From Podarcis liolepis (taxonomy: Eukaryota): a stretch of 64,000 nucleotides of DNA. A model generated the notes under the pieces. That model had not been told where the DNA came from, ran no database searches, and saw nothing but the letters and a program-made list of their open reading frames with translations. Location: the NCBI GenBank assembly GCA_965112155.1, contig OZ218102.1. One strand, 5' to 3'. Each line of letters starts with the position of its first letter. The first letter of the stretch is position 1. Below are positions 46,698 to 60,555 of the stretch, one piece after another. Position numbers and translations under genes: made by a program.

Positions 46698-48948
46698 ATC
46701 TGGGCCAATTAGTGGCAATAGGAGTGAGATATTGAGGCCAGCAGGATATAAAATATATTTTAAAAACAAAGGAGGTGTTGAATAACTCTTTCATTAAAAC
46801 AAGTAAAAAAAACCTCCCAAAACACGTGAAAGTAAAAAAGGTGTAAAAGGCAGCATGTCAGACTAAAAACCAGTCAGCATAATAGCTAGCATATAGGTGA
46901 GTGGAAAACTTACTTAAATAGGCTAAACTAGGCAGCACAAAGTACAAAAGAAGGTGGTCAGACAAACCACCTGTAGAAAGGAATTCCATTTGTGCATACT
47001 TTTTGCATGGAATCCACTCCCACAAGACATAATGATGGTCACCAACTTGAATGGCTTTAAAAGACTAACTTAGTTGGTCTTTAAGGTGCTACTGGAAGGA
47101 ATTTTTTTGTTTTGGCTTTAAAAGAGTAGCTGTCAATGGCTACCAGTCAGAATGGTTTATGTTCTTCTGCCTCCAGGGTTGGAGTCATTATTCCTCTGAA
47201 TACTGATTGCTGGGAATCACAAGGGGGGAAGAGTGCTGCTGCTGCTGCTGCTGCACTCACGTCCTGCTTTGCAGGCTTCCCTTAAATTGTCCACTGCTTG
47301 CTGGGCTAGAAGGCACAGCAACCAGACTCTGATGGTTTTCTTAAGTGTGGCATGGCCACAGAAAAGGCCCTGTTGAACATCCCCAGGAATTTTACCTTGG
47401 CCTGTGTTGGAACACAGAGAAGAGCCTCTCCTTTGGAGCGTAGGAAAGATGTTACGGAAGGTGGCCGTCTTTCATAAAACAGGGGTGACAATTCCCTACA
47501 TTTCATAGACTCGTAGAGTTGGAAAGGACCACGAGGGTCATCTAGTCCAACCCCCTACAATGCAGTAAGCATCGCCCAGCATAGGGCATGATTCTGGACC
47601 TTTCCCAGTTCTTCATCATGAGGATGATGCTTTCGATGACTGATATGTGAACTTTTGCCCTGCATCTTTTCGTGCCCATGACTGAGAGAAGCCCTAGGGG
47701 AATGTGAAAACTGTCCTACTCTAGTAATGTTCTTCCAAACCAACATTTTTGAAATAGTGGCATGACAATGGCTGCTATTAATGATGGCAAAATGCATCCT
47801 CCGGGTTCAGAAGTTGCATACCTTCAAATTCCAGCTGCTGGACAGCAAGAGATAGCTGTGGCCAGTGTGTCCCTGCTCAAGGGCTTCCTATAGGCATCTG
47901 GTTGGCCAATGTGGGAAATGGGATGCTGGACTAGATAACTAGGTCTGATAAGTTGCCCATCTCATAAGGAAAGGACCCTGTTCACCCACTCCCTCCTTGC
48001 TTCAGCTCCTGCCCTGTTCCAAAGACCGTGCTAGTTAATAACTTCAGGATTTTATTAAGGTGAAAGTTGCCCTAATGTGTGTCTGTGGCCACAGCCATTG
48101 TGCATGCTGGTTTATGGTCTGTTTTCTCTCTGTCTGTCAGCTCTCTCTTTCCCCAGCCAACTTGGTTGGAAGGAAAGTGAGCTGATTGTGAGTCATCTGT
48201 CAACTTAGATCATTGCCTTAAGATTTAGCTTCCATTTCCCAGGAGAACCAGCTTTATGGGAGGAATAGGCTTGATGGCATAAGCCAATTTGCTGCTCGTT
48301 GTCTTGGAAACCAAACTCTTGCATTCAAAAAGGTTTGTGTTTAAGTCTCCGCTTTTCAGGCAACCTTTTCAAGTAGGGAGACAAGCAGGAATGGCCCTTT
48401 CAGAGTTCCTGGTGGGTGTCCCTCAATAGCAACTTTTGGATGAGAGTACTATTCAGAAACAATTAAGTGAACCAAAAAGGATAATGTTATTTTTCACTGC
48501 AAAAATAGCTGTAGGCCTTGGGAAGTTCTGGATGTGGACTTGGTCTGTATGTCCTGACTTTGTGTATCCCACACATTGCAGGCATTAAGAACATATGATT
48601 CCTGCTGGATCAGACCAAAGGACCATCTTTCCAGCATCCAGTTCTCACAGTTGCCAGCCAGATGGCTGTGGGCTCCCTGCAAGCGGAACCCTAGACCAAC
48701 AGGGCTGTCCCCTCTGGCCATTTCCAGGCTCTTCTTATCCCTCTTGCTCTGAAATGCAGCTTATAGGGGCACATGATTGTGTTTTCTCATCTGCAGCCAG
48801 AGGTTGGCACAGTGAATTCCAAGGACTTCGGTGCTCTTCATACATGAACACATTTGGACAGCAAGTGACAACTGTTTTGCTTGAACACACATTTTGTATG
48901 CCACCCTGCCATTTCTGTGTGTATTGTTGTTTTGCTGCTGAGGCTGCT

Positions 48949-48994
<46 letters not shown>
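48949..48994. repeat. (TTG)n microsatellite
   Basis: About 15 perfect TTG units. Confidence 0.95.
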
Positions 48995-48995
<1 letters not shown>

Positions 48996-51546
48996 ATGCT
49001 TTTCCTGGTTTGTAAGTCATTCTGGGAACTCAATTTGGGAGGAAGATGCAGGGTAGAAATGGTTTATAGGGTAGAAATGGAATACAGAGAACATTAAATA
49101 CAATTTTGGCTCAGTGAGCCATTGGATGCCTTCTTGAAAAAGCAAAAAATAAATTAAAAAAATGGCATTCCAGTGTAGTAGAGTGACTCATTTGTAGGAA
49201 TGTGACAGATCTGTTGCTGTTCTTTAAGCCAGCTTTGCAAGGACTTGCTGAGGAAGCGATTCTCTTCCCCACCCCCTGCCGCTCTTCTTCCTTCTCTTGC
49301 TACACTGCCCTGATTCGTCACCATTTGTCCTGGGCTCTCGGGCTGATAATTGCCAGCTCAGTATTTGAACACATATTGGTAGCAGTAATTGGAACACAGC
49401 AGCTCTCTTGTAAGGAAGTTCAGGTGTTCTGGGGTGGAGTTGCGGGATCCAAGGGAGAGTGGCTGAGATCATTCTGCGTAAAGCTTGTGTATGGCAGAAA
49501 TGTGCACATCTAGCCCAGAACTGTGGTTGTGAGCATTTGGACCCCAAGCTTACCTCCTGTTCCTACAGTTTCTCCCTGTTGTGGCCATGTGTGTGGTTTT
49601 TTTTCGGGGGGGGGGGGAGAGAGAAAGAGAACACTGTTAAGGCAGTCATAAGAGTGTGGCATTTGTAGATAAGAGACTGATTCAAAAGCAATTCCTATCC
49701 GCCATAAGAAAGTAGCAAATTACCAGAGTGCTTCATTCATGTCATTCAGGATTGTGGTAGAGTCTGCATAAGCTTTTACTAAACATGCTTCTGCAATTTT
49801 TAAATTGCTCTGCAGGGAAGACATGATATCTTCCCTGTGGTTGAGTTTTTACTCTGATTTTCATGAGCTTGAGACTTGACAATCCTTGGACTTTATGACA
49901 ATAATACACATAGAAGGTTAATAGTAATATGATATGTTATTGCCATCAGGAACTATGCTTTGCAATTTTCTGATATGACAATTAAATTACAGTTTTATTA
50001 CACATAATGTTATGTTACTTTACAGTCTTTTACATGTGTGCAGTGGTGTTATGAGCATTCATAAAAGCAATGAACAAATGCAGCTCCTGTCCTAGGGCAG
50101 CCTTCTGGGGTTTTGGGGGGCTTCGGTTGGTTTTTTTGTGTCTGTCCAGGGGTGTCCAGTTCTATTCTTAATGTGCAAGGCAGGTTGTCTGGTGCAGACA
50201 AAAACAGGAGGGGGCTTCTAAATATAATCCTAGCTCAGAGCCTGACAGTCCTCTTTTCTGTTCTCTGGCTTACAAAGCCCTCGACCCTAAACTCCACCAC
50301 CCTCAATTGCCTCAAAGCTCCCTGCTTTGTTTAAACACCTTTGGCCCCCTGTCTGGGGCACCCTCCCAGAACACCATACATGGCATGACCTCTCACTCTT
50401 GCAATCCCCCCCCCCCCCAGTTTCCATTACTGAATTTGCTCGACTCCTCGCCCCAATTTAATGTAACGGTGTTCATGTATTTGAAATGCTGGCCTTCTAC
50501 CCAACAGCGGTATCTACTCACATAAGACTAAAAAACAATTAAAACACAAAGAGCGCAGTGCAAACCAAGCAGTGGAAGAAGAAAACACACGTTCGTTTCA
50601 TGTTACTTTTGCAGCTACCCCTCCCCTTTCTGCTCTGCTGTCTTAGAATATAAGCTGCTTGGAGAAGGGATTCACCACCACTCTTGCTTATCTTCCGTTG
50701 TAAGATAGCTGTGACCGTTTTTGGACCAAAATAATATTTATTTATTTATTTAAGGGTGTTTATTAACTGCTTTTTAGGCGCACTTAAGTGGCTTATGTAA
50801 TATTCTTATCACAATCAGCAGATTTTTGTAAAAAGTTATGATAAGAGGAAAAGGCAATTACCGGTAGTTCGTTTTAGAAGCTGCTCCTGCTTCTCACCCT
50901 GCCCCCCACCTAAGGCAAACATGGTCCTTGAGATGCTCCTGTTGTGGGAAGCCACGAGGAGAGGTGGATGGTGGTACATCCCCAAGCTTTCCCCCACTCC
51001 CCATAGCTTGGCCACTGTGGTCCTGGCACTGGTTTGAGCCCCACATTGGGTGAAAGATTCCTGCATTGCAGGCAATTCGACTAGATGATCCACGTGGCCC
51101 CTTCGACCTCTATGGATCTGTGTGAGAGACGTTGATGATTCTAATTTTTTTTTTTAATGATGATTCTATCCTGCCCTACCTCCCAAAGGAATTTCTGTGT
51201 CTGCCTTTCTCCAGACCATGATAAGTTTATAACTTATAATTTACCCTTTTAAGCGTTCTTTCTTTAAAAAAGAAGAAGAAATGCTGTTAAAGTGTGGCTG
51301 TCACAAGGGAAAATGCTTGGGAGGAAGCTCTCCAACCAGGACTGCAGCAGAGGAGCTGTCGCGCCATCTGTACTGGCATAAGTAATTGCGTTGGAACAGC
51401 ATGGATGGGGTTTCTGTTGAACTTGAACTGGTGACACCACATCCTGCTTATGTTACTGTTTTTCCACAATGATGACATTGTAAAGGGTCACAAAGCAGCG
51501 AGGAAATTTTGCCTGCGCAACAGAACTGATGGTCTGCATTTTTCAG

Positions 51547-51700
51547 GAAGGAGCACTGGAAGTTGCTGGGCAACCTGAAGACAACAGTGGAAGGTTTGGT
51601 GTCTATAAACAATCCCAATGTCTGGTCTAAGTATGGTGGCTTGGAGCGACTCTGCAGGGACATGCACAGCATTCTGTATCATGGGCTCATTCCAGACAAG
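51547..51700 (+). CDS. RUBCN: RUBCN coding exon 2 (start of RUN domain)
   Basis: [51 protein letters not shown]; TTTCAG acceptor, GTAGG donor; 154 nt. Confidence 0.95.
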
Positions 51701-52252
51701 GTAGGCTTTTTCTCGGCTTTCTCTGGAGTTTATACTCTTACTGCTGCTTTAGCAGATGGTTATCATGACCGGTGTTTACCTGGGACAGCCATAAAATGGA
51801 TCCCTTAATCATCTTTTCTAAAATCTGACCTAGATGTCAGGTCTTGGACGAGAATAGATAGGAACGTTAGTAGTTGGGTTGCATCCACAGAACAAGATGC
51901 TAAGGAAGAAGTGAGGCAAGACAGACCTGGGCCAACTAGTGTTTGTTTTCGTAAAAAAGAAAAAAAAGGGGGGGGGAGAGCAGGTATAGTAGAGCTGTGA
52001 TCCAAGAGTTAGTTAGATCATATTTCCTTTCCTAGGTGACCTTAGGCAAGCCCTTTTGTCTCCCTATCTGCAGTCATTTTCAGCGTTCAGTCCTTCCTGT
52101 CTCCAGGGTGATAGCTCCTGCTTTTCCTGAAGAGGATCACCTGGGAAATAGGTTCTCTCTGAACTTGAAGGTTTTGTTCTTTTCACACAGTTCATGATTT
52201 TATGAAGCTCCATCATGCCTCCCCTGCACATTCATACACATTTTTTAGAGTA

Positions 52253-52579
52253 CAGTGGTGCCCCGCAAGACGAATGCCTCGCAAGACGGAAAACTCGCTA
52301 GACGAAAGAGTTTTCCGTTTTGGAGGTGCTTCGCAAAACGAATTTCCTATGGGCTTGCTTCGCAAGACGACAATGTCTTGCGAGTTCCTGCTGTTTTTTT
52401 CCCCTTCCCCCCTTTTTGCTAAGCCGCTTATCAGCTGATCCGATCAGCAGATAAGCCGCTAAAAGCCGCTAATAGCTCTAATCTGCTAATCCGTCAAAGG
52501 GCTTGCTTCGCAAGACGAAAAAACCGCTAGACGAAGAGAATCACAGAACGGATTCTTTTCGTCTTGCGAGGCACCACTG
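52253..52579. mobile_element. Tigger/pogo-like MITE, family A copy 2
   Basis: Same TIRs and body as 879-1215; TA target duplication. Confidence 0.88.
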
Positions 52580-53769
52580 TAGTGGTACTTCTGAGCATGC
52601 ACATAAGAGCACCAGGCCAATGGCCCACCTAGTCCAGCATCCTGTTCTCACAGTGGCTGACCAGATGCCTGTGGGAAGCCTGCAAGCAGGACATGAGCAC
52701 AATGGCACTCTGCCCACCTGTGATTCCCAGCAGCTGCTATTCAAGGCATGTTGCCTCTCGTGGAGGTGGAATATAGCCATTGTGGCATTGATAGCCTTGT
52801 CCTCTGTGAATTGGTCCAGTCCTCTAGTCTAGACATCCAGTTCCCTAGCTGTGCTGCCGTTAGATGTCGAACAGCATTAATACCTTCACTCCCACAACAA
52901 CCAACAGTTTCTTCTGCCACTGTAGTTGCAAGAATAAATCATTAACTTGCCTTTATCATCTTGTGGAATGGAATATTGTCCTTTTGAGATCATAATTAGT
53001 AATAATCTGTTCTGTAGGGCTTTTGCAGTCCTCCAGAGATAAAATCAGGCTGTTGGTTGCAATACAGGCAACTACTCCCGTTTTGTGTGGGGTTTGCATT
53101 CCTGACCCTTGCACGCATTGGTGGAGCTTGTGTAAGTGCTCTCCTCCCTGTTACGCCCCTGCCCTGTTATGCCCCCGACCCACACCTTTTTCTGGGCACT
53201 TCTAGGTTGTGACGATGCATATGTGCACAGTTGCACATATTTTGAACATGCACAAAACAATCATTGCTTGTAGTGGATAAGCTATAACCAAAGTTACTAG
53301 TGATCAGTGCATTGTCTCCATAGAGAAAAGAAATCAGCATCTTGGGAATTTTGGCACAGTTAAATAAGAGCATGAATGCACACACCTTAAGGTTCCTACA
53401 TCCATGCAAAATCTGGTATCTTGAAAGCCTTGGTATTGTCGCTTCAAAAATACACTGATTCTTATTTGCTTCAGTGTTATATTAATGTTGGCTGCTCTAG
53501 AAAATGTGTTCTTGTTTATAAAACTGTAGCTGTCAGGATGTATAGTGTGGTGTTTGCTTTGGCCTTCCTGTCTAACCTAATTTAGTTCCATTTGTATTTG
53601 CACCATTCATTGTCTACTCCATCCATACAGCTGCTCTTAATGTATATTAGCCCCCTTGATAATTTTAATCAGAAAGACAGGATATAACTGTTCCCGCTAT
53701 AAAAATATATAATTTGTTGCCTGGGAAAGGTTGAGCCATAACAATGTAATTAAGATGTTATATTCTTGG

Positions 53770-54205
53770 GCAAGGTTCTTAAGCAGGTAGTCACAGACCA
53801 GATCCAGACGCTGTTGGAGGAAGTGGGTATTTTCAGATCCATTTCAATTGGGTTTTAGGCCCGGTTTGGGCACAGAAACTGCTTTGGTTACCCTGTATGA
53901 CTTCTGTTAAGAGGAAGACAGGGGAAATGTGTACCCATTAATTCGCCTCAACCTCATCGGCTTTCCAGCATGGTATCCTTCTGGAGTGACTGTCCAAGTT
54001 AGGGGTAGGTGGCACCACTTTTCAGTATTTCCGGTCCTATTTGGATGGCTATTTCCAGAGGGTGATAATTGGGGAGTGCTCTTCAGCCTCATGGAGCTTT
54101 CAGTGTGGGGTTCCTCAGGATTCAGTTTTATCCCATATTCTGAGTGAGGTCATCCAGAGTTTTTGAGTACATTGTCAGCAATATGCTGATGGCACAACAA
54201 TTACT
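53770..54205 (+). mobile_element. Degenerate L2-clade LINE RT fragment
   Basis: DPFQLGFRPGLGTETALVTLYD...GVPQ...QYAD motifs with stops and frameshifts. Confidence 0.75.
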
Positions 54206-54777
54206 CTTGCCTCAAGCCTTTGTAGTTTTGTGAGTGTTGGTGTGTGTGTTTTCAAACAAACCATGGGTAAGGAAAACTATTGAATTTACACATAATGTTA
54301 AGCCATGTTTAAAACAAGCCAAGTTTCATAAGCCATCAAAAACCCATGACTTCAAATCATCGGTTTTTGGCAATAAATAATAGGTAAGCTGCTGGGCAGG
54401 GTACACACATAACACTAAAGCATAGTTTGATAAACTATGATTTAGCATTATGTACCAACCAGGTGATTGATTTGCTTAACCTGAATGCAGCATGTTCCAG
54501 ACATCAGGAAGGCATTGAATTCTTGACTCTGTTCTTGTCTGAGTTTTTGCAACTGCTTGAGAGAAGGAAGATGCAAATTAAGCTGTAACAGAGGTTATTT
54601 CAGAAGTAGCACTTCAGACAACCTGACATGTTTTGGTCCGTAGTTCATAATTGACAGCGGTAAAGGAGTTAATTTCCTTCCCCTTTCTAAGCCTGCCTCT
54701 TAATGAATCTGGTCTCTGATCACGTATTGAGCTGGCACTGCCAGGGGAATTTTTAACTCTCTGTATTTCCTGGGCAG

Positions 54778-54861
54778 GTGTGTTGCAGGCAGAGGGATTA
54801 TTGGCAGTTTGTGAAGGACCTCCGTTGGCTGAGCCCACATGCTGCCCATCACATTGAAAAG
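54778..54861 (+). CDS. RUBCN: RUBCN coding exon 3
   Basis: [28 protein letters not shown]; 84 nt; AG acceptor, GTGAG donor. Confidence 0.95.
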
Positions 54862-55690
54862 GTGAGCTCATGTTTTGGGGAAAGAAGATCTTGGTTTTGC
54901 CAGGGGGTGGGGGACAAGTTTGTCAAGGTGAGCAGAAGTCACTTGCCTCTTTGTTGTTTTTAACCTTTACGAAAGGTCTGAAAGGCAAATCTTGCTGGGA
55001 TTGTTTGCAGGAAGCCGGTAACTCAAATAAAAAGTGCTGACGGCAGGTGGGAGGGAGCTGATGGGAAACTCTTACCTGCAGCCCAAGATTGGTGAGGAAA
55101 TGCAAGCAGCTTCAGACCTGAGGAAAGTTTAATAATAATAATAATAATAATAAATAACAATAACAACTGATTTATAACTGAACTATAACTGAATTTCCAT
55201 CAAGCTCCCTTTGCCTGCTGCAGCTCAAGTTCTGACACTGGACCAATGGCGAGAGTTGTGATATAAAACGCGGAAATTGGTGTGATTGTCGTGGAAAGCA
55301 TATGTAGGTGTGTTGTATTGAGGCTGAGGCTACAGTCTCCATTTAGAGAACAATCAGGCAAGAAAATGGGGTCTGCTAAGGGCAGACAGCTTCCTCCTTC
55401 TCCAAGGGTTATAACACATCTCAGGCTTGCAAAGTGAGGCCATTATTTTCCCTGTTGTGCGAATGGGGAACTGATGCTGATACAGAGTGGCTTTCCGGCA
55501 GCCTAGGCTATGCTGCCTCTCATTTGTCTGCTGGTGCCTCAAGCAGCAGTCCTTCATACACTTCCAGGGACAGTGGCAAATTGAGAGAGATTCTAAGAGG
55601 AGTATGTAATCAGGGATCTTCTGGGACGCTGCTGTCCATTACCTGCTAGTCTATGCCAGCTTTTCAGAGGAAGAACCATCTGTCTTCCAG

Positions 55691-55850
55691 TTTATCAACC
55701 TGTACGAGAACGGACAGCGGAACACCGACGGCGTCAGTGATCGAGCCATTGCAGAGGCGTGGCTCCAGCACAGCCTGCAGTTCCATTGCCTGTCAGCTCA
55801 GCTGAAGCCTCTGCTTGGGAACAAACAGTACACCAGGAAGTTCTATGCAG
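55691..55850 (+). CDS. RUBCN: RUBCN coding exon 4
   Basis: [53 protein letters not shown]; 160 nt; CCAG acceptor, GTAAG donor. Confidence 0.95.
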
Positions 55851-56149
55851 GTAAGATGAAACCCGGCCTCTTCCTCTTCTTTCTTGTGCTATTCGTCTTC
55901 ATTCTTGCACCCTGTGGCCTGCACTTGGCAGCCTGCAAACAAGAGGCAGCTTTCAGGCAGACACAGGTGGCTTCTCTCGTCCTCCCCCTTCCCCAAAACT
56001 GAGGTTAAAGTCCCAGGCTGGCCATGTTGGCAAATGTTGTTTAAGGGATGTGGAAGAGTCATGGCTCAGTGGTAGCTTGTCTGCTTTGCATGTGGAAGAT
56101 CGCAATTTCAATCCCCAGCATTTCCACATAGGCCAGAAACCCTGTAGAG

Positions 56150-56469
56150 CATGGGTAGGCAAACTAAGGCCCGGGGGCCAGATCCAGCCCAATCGCATTC
56201 TAAATCCAGCCCGTGGATGGTCTGGGAATCAGCATGTTTTTTCATGAGTAGAATGTGTCCTTTTATTTAAAATGCATCTCTGGGTTATTTGTGGGGCCTG
56301 CCTGGTATTTTTACATGAGTAGAATGTGTGCTTTTATTTAAAATGCATCTCTGGGTTATTTGTGGGGCATAGGAATTCGTTCATCCCCCCCCCAAAAAAT
56401 TGTCCATCCCCCCAGAAGGTCTGAGGGACAGTGGACCGGCCCCCTGCTGAAAAAGTTTGCTGACCTCTG
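56150..56469. mobile_element. Non-autonomous hAT element nested in a tRNA-derived SINE
   Basis: Imperfect TIRs CATGGGTAGGCAAACT / AGTTTGCTGACCTCTG; 8-bp TSD CTGTAG(A/G)G; internal ~70-bp tandem duplication. Confidence 0.8.
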
Positions 56470-58200
56470 CTGTAGGGCCACTGCTGGGCATTGTAGACAA
56501 TACTACAATACCGCCCCAGGATCTTTGGATAAAAGGGCAAAGGAAAAAGTCACGTCTGTTGCTGCTCAGAGTTTTGCATGTGCTCCCCTGGAGGTTTCCC
56601 AGGTGGGAATGTGCCTCTTAGGCTGAAAAAGGTTTCTCATCCCTGGGGGGGACGGGGGACGAAGCAATGAGCTGTGCTGCCTCGTCTATTGTTTCACATC
56701 ATGTCTTTTGTAGCTGTTCTGTTGTATTGCTTTCACTTTATTAAAGCTGCTTCCTTATTTATCTGGCAGTTCATCAATTTTCACATCCTCTTTTTGTGTT
56801 TCATATTCATGTTCTTTTAAACATGGATGACCTGGCTAAATTTGTTTTACTGAAGTGCAAATCCTCCGCCTAATATTTTTGTTTGATGTCTCGTTTTGCT
56901 CTGTACATTATATATGTGCACATACAAATGCAAACTAATAAATATGACTGGAAAAGTAAGCAATAAAAAATGGGAAAATGCCAAAATACTATAACTGGCC
57001 TAATATATATATATATTAAGAGCTTAACCAGTGACTCAAAAGGGAGTAAAAGAGGATTAGGCAATTCATGGGTGGCAAGGCTGTGTTCTATCTCCCTTCT
57101 CATAATCAATATGTTCTTAAAACCAGTTACTAGGATTCCCCCGGGGGAAAGAGTGCTGTTGTGCTCATATCCTTTCTTGCAGTCTTCCCAAGAAGTATCA
57201 GGTTGGCCACTGTGAGAACAGAATGTTGGACTCGATGTGTTGCTAGCCCGATCTTGCTGACTCTTCTTAGCTTCTCTGGCAGCCCATGGTATATCTGAAT
57301 GACATGTATGAACACACTGCGTGAACAATCCTGTAGTGACCTCTCATGATAGACACTTACGTGTCATTCACCACTCTTGGGTACTTTGGTTGGTCTGATC
57401 CTGTGGCCTGCAGGGAGGTTGAAACAGATTCTCTTTCCTCACTGTCTGGGGTGTGCTGAGGTTCCTGGGGCGAGAGGAAAGGCAAGCAGTTTCCCAAGCT
57501 GTGGGGACAGTGCATTGTCTTATTCTTTCAGCTGTTGAGCATGATAGCAGTCAAGGTGCAGCACAGCACATTGCCTAAAAAGAGCCAGTGTACAGAGCAC
57601 GTAATATGGATAACACTGAAAGTCAAGTACAGGATAGACATGGAAACCTCAAACTCCTGCACTAAACATTTAGGTAACTAAATTTCTTTAGATAAAGGCC
57701 TGCATCTCGGTCAAGAAGGAAGTCTTCTCTGTTGGCCTTCTCTTGGGAGACCCAGGCTTAATTCTTGCTGAGCTGTAACTATTTGATACCAAAAAACGAA
57801 CAAAAATCTGCATAGAATACTACAGCGTCAAAGACAAGGGTTCTAGTCTAGCCCTCTCCTGACATGCTGGTTTTCAGTGTGCAAGGGATATTTCCATTGC
57901 ATGAGCCCTTACCTGCAGTCTGAAGTGGAGCAGGCTTACCACTTAAGTGAGAACTAGGCCTCTGAGGCTCTGCTTTTATGGCAAAGAGTAGAAAGAATAA
58001 ATGCCCAGGAACAAAGGAAGCTGCCCTTATACCACATCAGACTATTACTCCAGCTAGGCTAGAGTTAGCTGCTCTGACTGGGAGCGGCTCTTGCAAGGCC
58101 ATCTGGAAAAGTCTTTCCCACCCCTACTATCTAAAATCCTTTTAACTGGGACTGAGCCTGGGACCTTCAGCATTCAAAGCATGTGATCTACTACTAAGTA

Positions 58201-58426
58201 CAGTGGTACCTCGGGTTAAGTACTTAATTTGTTCCGGAGGTCCATTCTTAACCTGAAACTGTTCTTAACCTGAAGCACCACTTTAGCTAATGGGGCCTCC
58301 TGCTGCTGCCGCGTCGCTGGAGCACAATTTCTGTTCTCATCCTCAAGCAAAGTTCTTAACCCAAGGTACTATTTCTGGATTAGTGGAGTCTGTAACCTGA
58401 AGTGTCTGTAACCCGAGGTACCACTG
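58201..58426 (-). mobile_element. Tigger/pogo-like MITE, family B
   Basis: Matching CAGTGGTACCTCGGGTTA TIRs, TA TSD. Confidence 0.88.
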
Positions 58427-59334
58427 TAATGGGCTCTTTCCTTTGGGCCTACTTCCTTAACTCCCAAACCCTTGCTTGTGCTTTTTTGTATCCTCAGCCC
58501 CCGCATGCTTATGATCACAGCCTGTTGATACAAAGCCTTAAGTGTGTAGAGCTTGTACCATGAAGGCTGGGGAGGAGGGGGGTCTCTTGTCCTAATTGGC
58601 ATGCCATGAAGGGAGACATTCAAGAGGCCTTTGTTGTTGTAGCACAGCTGCAGAGTCCGTTTCTGCAATTCTTCTGTTGAGATGGAGTGTCCATGGGTGA
58701 TGCAACTGTCGAGGAACATACTAGGGGACTGTTCCTGCAAAGGTAGCTTCTTCCATGGCTGTCTCTAATTGTAGGAACTCTCTGGTGAGAGATGCGGCAC
58801 GAGAATCATTTACACAGGAACCCATCCCTGCTGCACTGCAGTGCAAACTGCTAAGTTGTGGAGTAGGCAAGCCTAGAATTCTCCTGCTTGACACGATAGG
58901 TTTCCAGTGTGCAGGGAAGCTGCATCAGCAGGGTTTGGACTCTGTGACACCTGACCTGGCCAACTCCCTGATTGTATGTCAACTGGGAAGTGCTAAGTGA
59001 GTGAAAAGCAGAGGATACTTGTCCCAACACCTTCATTTAGGTGGCTGTCTGATTTATATAACTTGTAAGAGGTTTCTGAAGACTGCTGCGCAACCATAGA
59101 AATCTTTTCCCTGTGAATTCATTGGGCATTGAATGCTTTCTGAGAAGGACTGTAAGACAGTCAAGTTTGAGTTTTAGTAGTTCAGGGCTACTTTTTTTTT
59201 TTTAAAAATAAAAGTCTTCAGTATTTTTGCTGGGGATCCTTTTATTTTTGGTTTTTATTTGACTTTTTAAAAAAAAATTACTCAGCACCCTTGGGGAAGA
59301 ATAGAAAGCTAAGTAACACATAGCTTGTAGGAAG

Positions 59335-59645
59335 TCAGTGTGGTGTAGTGGTTAAGAGCGGTGGACTCGTAATCTGGTGAACCGGGTTCGCGTCTCCGCT
59401 CCTCCACATGCAGCTGCTGGGTGACCTTGGGCCAGTCACACTTCTTTGAAGTCTCTCAGCCCCACTCACCTCACAGAGTGTTTGTTGTGGGGAAGGAAGG
59501 GAAAGGAGAATGTTAGCCGCTTTGAGACTCCTGAAGGGGAGTGAAAGACGGGATATCAAATCCAAACTCCTCCTCCTCCTCCTCCCTCCTCCTCCTCTTC
59601 TTCTTCTTCTTCTTCTTCTTCTTCTTCTTCTTCTTCTTCTTCTTC
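59335..59645 (+). mobile_element. tRNA-derived SINE (Squam3-like) with expanded (TCC)n(TTC)n tail
   Basis: Same family as 16409-16660. Confidence 0.85.
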
Positions 59646-59678
59646 CCTCCTTCCTTCTGAAAGTCCCTTGGGTACTTA

Positions 59679-59892
59679 GAATCATAGAATAGAATCATAG
59701 AATCATAGAGTTGGAATAGACCACAAGGGCCATCAAGTCCAACCCCCTGCCAAGCAGGAAACACCATCAGAGCACTCCTGACATATGGTTGTCAAGCCTC
59801 TGCTTAAAGACCTCCAAAGAAGGAGACTCCACCACACTCCTTGGCAGCAAATTCCACTGTCGAACAGCTCTTACTGTCAGGAAGTTCTTCCT
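59679..59892 (-). mobile_element. CR1 LINE 3' fragment
   Basis: (TAGAATCA)n tail; RKNFLTVRAVRQWNLLPRSVVESPSLEVFKQRLDNHMSG on the minus strand. Confidence 0.88.
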
Positions 59893-60064
59893 CTCCCCTC
59901 TCTTCTGTAGCATGAAGCCCAGAGGACTGGACATTAGGAATGCAAATACTGTATGCTTCACCATGTAAAGGAACAATAAGCCAATACTATTGTATTTTAA
60001 TTTTCTGTTGGAAGCTGCCCAGAATGGCTGGGGAAACCCAGCCAGATTGGCGTGGTATAATTAA

Positions 60065-60106
<42 letters not shown>

Positions 60107-60114
60107 TATTATTA

Positions 60115-60355
60115 CAGTGGTACCTCGGGTTACATACGCTTCAGGTTACATACGCTTCAGGTTACAGACTTCGCTAACCCAGAAATAGTGCTTCAGGTTA
60201 AGAACTTTGCTTCAGGATGAGAACAGAAATCATCCTCCGGTGACGCGGCACAGCAGGAGGCCCCATTAGCTAAAGTGGTGCTTCAGGTTAAGAACAGTTT
60301 CAGGTTAAGTACGGACCTCCAGGACGAATTAAGTATTTAACATGAGGTACCACTG
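60115..60355 (+). mobile_element. Tigger/pogo-like MITE, family B, inserted in a (TTA)n tract
   Basis: TIRs and TA TSD; (TTA)n on both sides. Confidence 0.88.
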
Positions 60356-60358
60356 TAG

Positions 60359-60399
<41 letters not shown>

Positions 60400-60448
60400 C
60401 AGCCTGACTTTTCCTTTTCTTCCCCCCCCTTTTTTTTTCTTTTTGCAG

Positions 60449-60555
60449 ACTCAGCGTTCCTGCTCAGTGATGCTCATGTGACAGCCATGTTACAGTGCTT
60501 GGAGGCTGTCGAACAGAACAACCCCCGGCTGCTAGCTCAGATAGATGCATCTATG
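60449..60555 (+). CDS. RUBCN: RUBCN coding exon 5
   Basis: (D)[35 protein letters not shown]; long polypyrimidine tract; 107 nt. Confidence 0.95.
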
